Shown here piece after piece: positions 53,514 through 64,000 of a stretch of DNA of 64,000 nucleotides; position 1 is the first letter of the stretch; each line of letters starts with the position of its first letter. The notes under the pieces are model-generated. The model saw nothing but the letters and a program-made list of their open reading frames with translations. It did no database searches and had not been told where the DNA came from. The position numbers and the translations under genes are program-made. This stretch comes from Octopus vulgaris (Eukaryota). The stretch spans positions 60,326,001-60,390,000 of the forward strand of contig OX597822.1 of the NCBI GenBank assembly GCA_951406725.2. Reading direction: 5' to 3'.

Positions 53514-53872
53514 TATTATATAAAATCCGTTCTGTGTGTGTGTGTGTCTTCTAGGATCTCGGGTATCCTCCATCCGTTTACGCTCAAATTTGATATGTAG
53601 ATACCGACGGTATCAGGGCGTGTATGAGTCTTGGAAAAATTACAAAAATCGATTCCAGGTGAGAATGCGATCGATAAAGCCGTGGGAACGTGCATTTGTA
53701 AAATCGTTTTTCATGGAATAGAAAAAAGTCTAACTTTATTTCTTCTTTTGCTGGTGTCTCAAATTTAGGTTAAATCAGTGTTTCTCAAAGAGGACGCCTA
53801 TGGGAGGCCTTTACTTATAAAACAAGCAGTTTATAATAGAATGTGAACAACTAGTGAATGGTGTCCCGGGAC
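53514..53872 (+). mobile_element. Helitron-like 5' fragment
   Basis: Homologous to 48200-48711. Confidence 0.6.
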
Positions 53873-53984
53873 CAAATAGAATCCTAAGACATCCTACATG
53901 ATCACCATGGGATTCTTTTATTCATCTTATACATAATAAATCAGCTGTATCACATATAAAATATATTTTAATTTTGTTGAAATA

Positions 53985-54095
<111 letters not shown>

Positions 54096-54134
54096 TATGT
54101 ATGTATGTATATGTATATATATAGAGAGAGAGAG

Positions 54135-54281
<147 letters not shown>

Positions 54282-54286
54282 TAGAT

Positions 54287-54359
<73 letters not shown>

Positions 54360-56035
54360 GATATAGATATAGATATATACATACATACTAGCTCAAAAGC
54401 TGCACTCTGTTCGGAGTATTAAATTAGTTCCTGCGGAGGGTTAATCGGGCCTGCATCCCAAAACAAAAGAGAACATTAATGATAATGCATTTATTGGTAC
54501 CCTAGCAATATGGTATTACTTTAAATTCAGTTTAAATGAAAAACAATTAAATTGTTCACAAATTTTTGGAGTCCTTTTAAAATTCAAATTTTCAACTGTT
54601 AGCATATAACAAATCCTCATCCAGACCTGATCCCAATGCTGGATGTTCAAGAACCAAATGAAGGGCAGATTTTCAATCCAGAGATCATCCCGATTCCAAA
54701 AAGGTATAATATGTCTATGTAGAGCAAATTAGACCAAGACACAGTGGGTTCCAGACTGGCAGACAGAATTTTGCACTTATTATAAAAGATATATACCCAT
54801 ACATTCATCTTTCTATTTCTATCTATCAATCAAACCATCTTACAATATGATGTTGCTTTTCCTTATAACCGTCGACTTTATCTTGTGTTTTTCTTCAAAG
54901 TCTCTATTAAATACCCGACAAAATAGTGGGGGCGATACTCGAACAACTGATGGTTATGCCCCAGGATGGCCTATGCTTAATGATTAAAACCAGTAATAGA
55001 ATAAAACGATAACAGAATGTTTAGAAGTTAGATATTAGCTGGGAAATTTTGCCCAGAAGTATGTTCAATCATATTTCTAATGACTTAGTTCAAGGAAGAA
55101 GGGTAAATACTCATGAGCCTTTTTGGTGGGTTCTGAGACAATTAGGAGATTATGAAAAAGTTATCCTCAGACCAGGTCCAAATGCTCGCACACCGCTAAT
55201 GGCATCCGAAGCCCAGGTGATGGTGATAAACCGGGCGAAAGATGAGGTCAACAACCAAGTATCTTCACACTTTCTGTCAGCTAAATTTCATTCACGAAAG
55301 CGCGTGGCCTAATGGATAGGGTGCTGCTCTCACGATTGCTAGATCATGGATTCGATTCCCGAACTGCGCGGTGCGTTGTGTTCTTGAGTAAAGCACTTCA
55401 ATTCTCGTTGCTCCAGTCCACTCAGCTGTAATTGTGTAATCCTCCGACGGAATAGTCTTCCGATCAGAAGGAATGTTTGCCTGCTCGCCTAGCCAGTAGT
55501 AGGGTGGCATCATTCGAAGACTAAAACAATGCGAAGCGCATTGTGACTATCGATGTATAACATTATCTTATTGTCGAGTCAATACCGTGATACCATGATA
55601 CCGTGAAATTTCACTAACAAGGCTTTTTGTGCAACTGAAGCTATAATAAAAGACACATTCCCAAGGTAGTACGCAGAGGGATCGAATCAAAACAAATGAT
55701 GTTACGAAAGGGACGTTTTAATTATACAGTCAAACATTCGCTCACAAATATGTAGCTATTGTCAAACTTGCTCGTGTATTATGGAAGCTTCTAACCGTGG
55801 CAATACGATCTTATATTCGGTCATGTTACATTTTGTAAACATATAATTTATGTGGACTTTTAACGATAAAGTTTAGTTTAATAGGTATATCTACTTTACG
55901 ATCGGTGATAAAAAGAGAACATTTTTATCTCTGAAGGTGGGATTAATAGTCCAAAAACTTATATTCTATTAAAGACATATGTTTATGTGAATAATAAATT
56001 TATATATATATATATATATATATAGGTCAACAATT

Positions 56036-56157
<122 letters not shown>

Positions 56158-56429
56158 CGGAAATACCCGGCGTTGCCTGAGTTAAAGAGAATAATGAAAT
56201 TTAAAAGCGCCGTCTAGATTACGTAGGTCTGAACTGCTAGTGGCTGAGATACCAACTTTCTACATTATCTCTCCGGCCCATACCAGCACGGAACAAAAAC
56301 TTTAAGTGAAATGTTAAAAGAAAGTTTTCAATTCAATATGTATATAAAGTAAATACACGTAATTCAAAAAACGTTTTGTGTAGCTTATTTAGTAACAAAA
56401 AAACAGGTACATATTATAAACAATGAAAG

Positions 56430-57057
56430 CCGATTTTGGTGATTCATCTGACAGAGGTAGTAGAGAGCCAATCCGATGATAAATCTGACCCTGGATCTTG
56501 AAAGCTTGCATGAATCCTGGCTCAGTTAAATCTCTTGTGGATCCAAATGGTGTCATCTGTAGTGCATCTTTGTATTATCTAATTTCGTTTCGGAAGTGCT
56601 TGGAATCTTGGTCAGTTGATGACAACAGTTTCTTTAATGGCTCTGTTTCTTTAATGGGGGATTGCAGTGAGTTTAATCTTTCCACCTCGGCAGCACAGTG
56701 CAGGTGTCTCTTTAGGCCACTTGCTTTACATCGTATGCACTCAGTTGTCATTGCACCAATGGAAATTCTTGCGTTATCTGCATACTGAACTGCTGGATCA
56801 TAATTGAAATCTGCTTCATAAAAGTTGCTTCTCTGAGCTGTTGCAACTGTTCTTCGTTCTGCAGTAGAGATCCTACTCCTTGTCAGCCGTGCACACCTTG
56901 GTTCATTACTTTGAGATGCTCTTGCTTTCGTAGTGCACAGTCCGTTTGTTTCTTGGTATGCTTCCCTTTCTGCAGTTGATTCTACGTCCCTGGATAGAAG
57001 CATTCTTTTGGCTGACCTGGACATTGTAGACAAATTTGACATTTTCCTTCTAGGCAT
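56430..57057 (-). pseudogene. Helitron Rep/Hel N-terminal fragment
   Basis: FNYDP..IGAMTTECIRCKA..EPLKKLL..SKHFRNEIR*YKDALQMTPFG..FKIQGQIYHRIGSLLP; Helitron 3' hairpin (CCCGGCGTTGCCTGAG on +) at about 56166-56182. Confidence 0.85.
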
Positions 57058-59299
57058 GGTTATATACGTATACAGAAATACACGGGTGCAGAAGATAGTA
57101 AACAATGAAAATATCTGAGTAACAAAAATTATATTTCTTAATACATCGGACAGAAAGTAAATAAAATTTTTTTACGGAAAATAAAGAATTGTATGGGCTG
57201 AATCGAACCAAAGAGCCAGTATTGAAGAAACTACAAAAAAAGTCGTCAACAACAGAAAAACACAAAACTGTTGCAAAATTAAATAAGAAATTTTTAGGGA
57301 AAGTAACTAAGTGTACGGATTTAAGTGAAATTTTTGAAGTTACTTCTGTCAGTAAATTACGAACTTACTTTTATTAGTAATTCCGTCAAAAACAAAAAAC
57401 AACATAAAACGTTGCAAGAGTAAATAAATTTGTAGGCAAATTTAACGAAGTGTATGAATTGAAGTGAAATTTATGAAGTTACTTCTGTCAGTAAATTATG
57501 TATGAAATTACTTTCATCAGTAATTGTGAACTTCTTTCTGTCAGTAATTTGTCGTTGTTGCTTGTAAATAGCAATTGAAAACTTACAGTGAAAACAATAG
57601 AGAATGAGTGCGATATAGAGAGATGGGGAGAGAGAGCTAGCTAATTAGAAAAATAAGATAGATACATAGATAAGATGTAGACAGATAGATACAGAGAGAG
57701 AGAGAGATAGATATAGAGATAGACATGGATACAGAGATATAGACAGACAGATATAGAGAGATTAAAAGCTGCAGTAAAATGCTTAATTTTTCTTCCTTAA
57801 TTTTTTTACAGTATAATGAAATGTTGTAATAAGAATAAATTCATTTTTCGTTTTTTCCTTTTTCATGCTATCCACCAAATAATAATATTTATGTAATAAT
57901 ATATTTAAATATATTTTTATATATCAAACTTAATTAATACTCCACCCAGTGTATATTACTTCCGGTCTAATGGATTCCGAACTCCTTCCACACCCTAAAC
58001 TATTTCTAAGTACGGTTACGTATATCAGATCTCGTAGATTATTTTGTGAACTATATTTATGTAATCCCATCTTGATTCATTTCATTTTCTTTCATCTACT
58101 CTCACCTTATCTTATCTTCTATGACCAATTTTAATGCTTCCAGTTAAAACAAGACTCAATTGCATACTCACCCCCTACTCCCCACACACAAATACAAGAA
58201 AAAAGAAAGCTTCCTAACTCAACTACAACGAATGTGAGCCAAAGTGAACTCGGTCTGCGAAAATAACAGCCAAATTTCTCTCAACTGTCTTAAGTAATGG
58301 TTTCAAATTCTAGCACAAGGCTAACAGTTTTAGTGAAGGGATAAATCAATCACATCGACCTCAGCTAGTTCTTATTTTATTGATCTTGGCGGAATTTGAG
58401 AACATAAAACAAGAGTTGGAAGAACTTCTGCTAATCATTTTGTCAGACGTGCTGATTCTGCTTGCTCGCCGCCTTCAAATGTCTTAAATAATCCTTTCTC
58501 CAAAAGGAACAAGGTCTGAAATTTGCGGAGAGGAGACTAGTCGATGGTACTGATTTCATCGACCCCGAAAGGATGAAAGGCAAAGTCGACTTTGGCGGAA
58601 TTCGAACTCAGAACGTAAGGACGGACGAAATGCCGATAAGCATTTTGCTCGGCGCTAACGATTCTACCAACTCGCTGCCTTAAATGTCTTAAATAATGAC
58701 ATTTTACGACAGGAACGTTTTTTTCCACAGGCCAACTTGAATCGGTTGATCTAAAGATATATAACAGTGTGAATAGATATTTCCTTCCGATACTTTACGT
58801 TCAAATTCTGCCATGCCCAACTTTGTCTTTCATCTTTCCGTGGTTACTAACTTATAATGAACCAGTGAAGTGCTTGAGTCGATGGTATTGACTTAATTCC
58901 TCATCTGAAAACTGATAGTTTTATGCCTTAGTTTTAAACCATCTCTTTATCTATTTAGGATATCAAACATGTTCTGTTTATCCTTAGTTTTAATTTCATA
59001 TTTGATTGTATTAAAAGCGTTCAGTTTCCCTATAGAGAATGATATGAATTTCGAATAGGCTGAGAGCAAGACTTATATCCTCACAGGTGCAGAAATTGGG
59101 TTACGATATACACTAACATCAGTTTCTGTATATTTGTCAACAAAGATCATTATTATGTACAACATCCGTTACTGTGTGAGGCCACATAACCTAGTAGTAA
59201 GGTTTAGAGCTCAAGACCGTTAGGTGATGGGCTCGATTCTCAGACAGGGCGGTGCATGGTGTTCTTGAGCAAGGCACTTCATTTTCCATTTCTGAAGTA

Positions 59300-59894
59300 T
59301 TGGGTTGTCCGGAAAGTGCGTGCCGATTTATAGTAGCTTTCCTTTCGACTTATTTTAGAACATGGTTGAGTCCATAAAATAGGATTTGACTACACCTCCA
59401 TTTAGAGCACAGTTTAAGCTATCTTTTCGTGGAAAAAGGTTTATGTTCTTATAACCTGTGTTAATTCTGTAACCCTTTAAAATAGAAGATAAAAGTTCGT
59501 TTTTGGCACTTGGTGCTTTGGGGACCAGACAAAAATTGCTGCAGTTCGGCACCGCACATATTCTACGTAAAACACTTTCAATACAGTGAAAATAAGAGCC
59601 CCACAGCAAACCAGACATTGCTCCTTCGGATTTCCACTTATTCAGATCTCTGCGGAATAGTCTTAATGGTAAAAATTTCAATTCCTTGGATGACGTAAAA
59701 AGATACCTTGATGAATTCTTTGCCATGAAACCATATCAATTCTGGGAAGAGGGTATTTTCAAGTTAAAGGAAAGATGGAGATGCATTGTGCAACAAAATG
59801 GTTCATATTTGGTTGATTAAAAATGTAATGGCAAGTATTTATTGACCCTTTTTCTTTCCCTTAAAAATCGGCATGAACTTTCCGGACAACGCAA
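59300..59894 (+). mobile_element. Non-autonomous mariner, copy 3, nested in a SINE at a TA
   Basis: Same TIRs, TA on both sides; SINE sequence resumes afterwards (CATTCAACTGAAAATGAGTA); carries a foreign 60-nt insert at 59551-59610. Confidence 0.9.
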
Positions 59895-60354
59895 TACATT
59901 CAACTGAAAATGAGTAGCAGTGACAGCTGTGGGATAACTTTGCCACCTGGTGGCCTCCCTTGAAAGGAATATCTTAGACTCTCTGCCGAAATGTCTTAAA
60001 AATCCGGTTAAGCCCCAGTTTCATCAGCATGTAGGCTCAAAGCAGATATATCAAGAACCTTTATAATGAAGAGGTGGCTGTGTGAATGTTGCTTCAATAT
60101 AGGGATTTTACATGATAAAATGGTCCTTACGCATCAGCTCTCAACATTCATTGGATGACTATAGTTTTCTATTCTTGAGATATTACAAACCCTTTAGCTG
60201 CAATATCACTCCTCACCCTTCAAAGTATGAGCCCTTACAGTAGACTTGTATAAAAAGTTTTTAAAGACTGATTCACTTCTTCATACGAGTAGGAAAAAAC
60301 CTCACATAGTTAACACGTTACTTACTATAGATAATTGTTTGTGTTTAATTTCAG

Positions 60355-60464
60355 GGCCAAAATGAGATTCAATGTATTGCTCGTAGCATGCACTTATTGC
60401 AGCTTATTAATAGCTGCCGCAGCTGCTGTAGACCCGATTGTATGTTCAACTTCCGCGAAAGAAA
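60355..60464 (+). CDS. Signal-peptide exon of an unidentified secreted or membrane protein (MRFNVLLVACTYCSLLIAAAAAVDPIVCSTSAKE, ATG at 60362)
   Basis: Acceptor ttgtttgtgtttaatttcag, donor gtaagt at 60465; AAAATGA start context; basic n-region, hydrophobic core and AxA cleavage site; phase-1 donor typical of signal-peptide exons. Confidence 0.8.
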
Positions 60465-61257
60465 GTAAGTATTTCTGGTCAATTTTTGTCATTTTCCAAA
60501 ATCAGTAATTTAATCGTTTCCGTCATGGCTTAGTCAGAGGCAGAAGTGCAGCACCAGTGGCCCTTTAAAAGGTTTCCGAGAATTGTGAGTACGAAGAAAA
60601 GAAGCTATCCTTAAATTAGAGATCTGGTTGGCTAGAATCTCTGTTAAAGTCACCTTAGGGTAACGTGGAAATGTTACATCGAGCGGCGTGTCAGATCCAT
60701 CGCCAAAAGACAGTGGCAGTAACAAGGTTTCGGGTTGAACCGAAACTAAGTTAGAATACATATATGAAAGGTGCAGAGGGGCGGGATTGATCTCTGAATG
60801 AATCGAAGCAGGGCTATGCCTGTACTCATGAAGTAAGCGCTTACAAAACTCCTCATTGATTCAGCAAAACTAAATAGGGGCAGGTAGCAACTGCTTTAAT
60901 TTTTCCTTGAACGTAATTCAACTCTATCCTACTGGTGTACTTTCTTCTGCTCTTCCTCCTCCTCTTCCTCCTTATCCTCCTCCTCCTCCTCCTTCTTCTT
61001 CTTCTTCTTCTTCTTCTTCTTCTTCTTCTTCTTCTTCTTCTTCTTCTTCTTCTTCGCAACCACCACCGCGACCGCCGCCTCTGCAGCCACCACCACGACT
61101 CCAGGACTTACTCTTTGTAAGCCTAGTACTTATTCTATCGGTCTCTTTTGCTGAACCGCTAAGTTACGGGATGTAAACACACCAACATCGGTTGTCAAGC
61201 GACGTTGGGGGACAAACACAGACAAACAGATACATACATACACACACACGCACACAC

Positions 61258-61293
<36 letters not shown>

Positions 61294-61909
61294 GACGGGC
61301 TTCTTCCAGTTTTCCGTCTACCATAACCACTCACAAGGCTTTGGTCGGCTCATGGCAATAGTAGAAGACACTTGCCCAAGGTCCCACGCAGTGGGACTGA
61401 ACCCGGTACCATACGGTTGGGAAGCAAGCTTCTTACCACATATATTTCCTACAGATATCAATCAGTTTATGAATATCTCAGAGGTACATTAACAGCGTCG
61501 ATCTGATAGGTGTTGAAAAGTTTGCAAACGTATTAGATACAGCTTCTTCCTCCAAGTCGAGCTAATAAAAAAAAAGCTAAATTCATGTAATTGGTTTTAA
61601 CGACTTTTGACTGGTGTATTATTAAACAAAATATACTAGACACACACTATGTGAGTCAAAGTAATGCGAGGGGCGACAGCAGTACAAAGGCAAACATGAA
61701 CTTGTTAGTTGTTTTCGCTGTTTTTTGTTATTTAGCCCCTGAATCAGCAGGCCTATTGTAGAAGGCATTCTATCCTTGGCCATTCCATCATTAATTTTCA
61801 GGTCTTATCTAAAGAATGTTTGTTTTTTGATATTTCTGTGGATCTGAACAATGATATTTGTATTGATGATCACTGACTCTAGTGCTTACAGTATGTTCGA
61901 TGACAGCAG

Positions 61910-62011
<102 letters not shown>

Positions 62012-62018
62012 GTGTATG

Positions 62019-62053
<35 letters not shown>

Positions 62054-62057
<4 letters not shown>

Positions 62058-62220
62058 GTCGCCACTACCCACATTTTTCTCTCCTTCATTTTCTGTGTCC
62101 CTTTCTGTAGAAGAGCGTAGGCTCGTAAAAAGACTTTTTCTATTCCTGAGCGTTATACTAATACATCTGTTTGTTTTGTACACCACCTGTCTTCGTCTTC
62201 TGTTTTGTTTCGTAAACTCT

Positions 62221-62292
<72 letters not shown>

Positions 62293-62501
62293 CGGGAAGC
62301 TTTATGAAAATAAACAAAAGACGAAGGCAGGTGGAGTACAAACAAACAATTGTATTAGTATGGCGCTCAGGAATATAAATAAAACAAGTCTTTTACGTTT
62401 CGAGCCTACGCTCTTCAACAGAAAGATACACAGAAAAGAAACACGGAGAGAAACAAGGAGAGAAAAAAAATGCGTGCAGAAGCTAGCGATTCAACATGGC
62501 G
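62054..62501. mobile_element. Two Penelope-like terminal repeats tail-to-tail across (TA)n
   Basis: 62054-62223 (+) and 62293-62501 (-) are diverged inverted copies, each with a hammerhead-like core. Confidence 0.7.
62388..62427 (-). ncRNA. Minimal type I hammerhead-like ribozyme, variant core
   Basis: TCTTT-CTGTTGA-A-GAGC-GTAG-GCTC-GAAA-CGTA-AAAGA: stem I TCTTT/AAAGA, stem II GAGC/GCTC, palindromic ACGT stem III, GUA site. Confidence 0.55.
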
Positions 62502-62515
62502 ATATATATATAAAT

Positions 62516-62600
<85 letters not shown>

Positions 62601-62604
<4 letters not shown>

Positions 62605-62780
62605 GAAAAAAACACCTTTTATCAATTCAAAATGAACAATTAAATTACACCATCTAGAAAATTACATATAATAGAAATATTAAAATTATTTTAATTTTAA
62701 TATTTCTATTATATGTAATTTACTAGATGGTGTAATTTTATTGTTCATTTTGAATTGATAAAAGGTGTTTTTTTTCTAAT
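62601..62780. repeat. Near-perfect AT-rich palindrome, about 88-bp arms, 3-nt loop
   Basis: 62601-62688 vs 62692-62780, two substitutions and one indel seen. Confidence 0.95.
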
Positions 62781-62943
62781 TTTATATTGTGTGTAATTTG
62801 ATTTAGTATTTCTAAATTGAATTTTTTCCCTGTAAGTTTGGATTTATATTCCCTCAAATAATTATATATATATATTGATAGAAATGGCAAGACAACAAAA
62901 GAATGAAAGAGACCTCGATATTATGTAAATAGAGGAATTTATC

Positions 62944-63164
62944 TGTAAATATAATATATGACAATTATTCGGTAGCCATGATAAAGCTCCGAGTTTCGGA
63001 TGTCGGGGCGGAAACCCACGCCAGCATCTCTTCAGTTATTGGGCCAAAGCATTTTTTTCGATGGCCCGATAACTGAAGAGATGTCGGCGTGGGTTTCCGC
63101 CCCGACATCCGAAACTCGGAGTTTTATCATGGCTACCAAATAATTGTCATATATTATATTTACA
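62944..63164. repeat. 103-bp inverted repeat, 15-nt spacer; head-to-head hammerhead-bearing termini
   Basis: 62944-63046 vs 63062-63164, about 5 mismatches. Confidence 0.95.
63068..63128 (+). ncRNA. Type I hammerhead ribozyme motif
   Basis: GATAA-CTGAAGA-GATGTCGGCGTGG-GTTT-CCGCCCCGACATC-C-GAAA-CTCGGAG-T-T-TTATC: stem I GATAA/TTATC, long stem II, short near-palindromic stem III, GUU site. Confidence 0.65.
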
Positions 63165-63178
63165 CACACACACACACA

Positions 63179-63324
<146 letters not shown>

Positions 63325-64000
63325 ATTCTGTCGCTAGTTTTTATTGTTGTCTAAATCCAGTTCATCTCTGATCCTACAGTTCGATAATCAAATGTATTTC
63401 ACTATTTCAGGTGCAGTGTACACACGATTAATGTGTCCTTTAAATAAAAAAAATAGCATAGATTTTGGACATGAGGAAGATTTGGGCTTTAAAAAGCGAC
63501 TTTGGACACGGTTAGAATGTATTTTTATAGTGGGAGGTTATGGTTGGAACACTTTTAAAATGTGCTTGAAAGGTTTTCAAGCGCTTTGAAAATAGACGAT
63601 CAGGCTGGAATGTTTCTGAAAGACGTGTCAAAAAAAAAACACGTGGTGTTTTTGATTGTCTATATTTAGTCAACATTTAGTCAATAGTCATAGTCCATAT
63701 TTAGATATGTAATAAATGCCGATGAAAAGATAACCGTCTACATAGGTCCATGTGTAAAGAGCCAATGAGGAAATACTATTTGATTCGTGTACTATATCGA
63801 ATAATAACGAAAAAGCGTCAAATTTCCTAATTAGGCAATCCCTTGTTTTGATATCAGTTGGAAAAGACGATCTCAATATACACTGACAAAACTCTTTTCT
63901 CATTAATGCTTACTCTATCAACAATGCTGTCAAGTAAGGTTTGGTTCCCATGTACGTTAAAACCTACATGTAGTCATTTCTAACAATAACCACTCCTATG

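Noticed and set aside
63411-63589. Phase-1-compatible acceptor and open frame as the next exon of the secreted gene
   Set aside because: The frame fits but the peptide resembles nothing I recognise and could be chance; it needs RNA-seq.

Overview
AT-rich, microsatellite-dense eukaryotic genomic DNA. The repeat families resemble those I recognise from octopus (inference, no search run). Almost all ORFs in the supplied track are translated microsatellites or TE remnants. Two spliced genes that the track misses can be read directly. (1) Three + strand exons (14336-14487, 25952-26103, 27623-27783) encode the C-terminal half of a PDZ domain, a QSRSFRILQ motif and an acidic tail, i.e. a short LIM-less Zasp/PDLIM-like protein whose first exon is not visible in the window. 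(2) A signal-peptide exon at 60355-60464 may splice in frame from a tiny ATG exon ending at 34114. The rest is tRNA-derived SINEs, mariner, hAT and Helitron elements, and R4/Dong, HERO, RTE and CR1 LINE fragments. The most interesting non-coding signals are: microsatellite-embedded, hairpin-forming Penelope-like termini carrying canonical and variant minimal hammerhead ribozyme motifs; SINE concatemers joined at a recurrent palindromic junction inside single TSDs, suggesting a circular or template-jumping RNA intermediate; a (TAA)n nest of co-oriented insertions; and a 60-nt LINE piece captured inside a mariner MITE with microhomologies.
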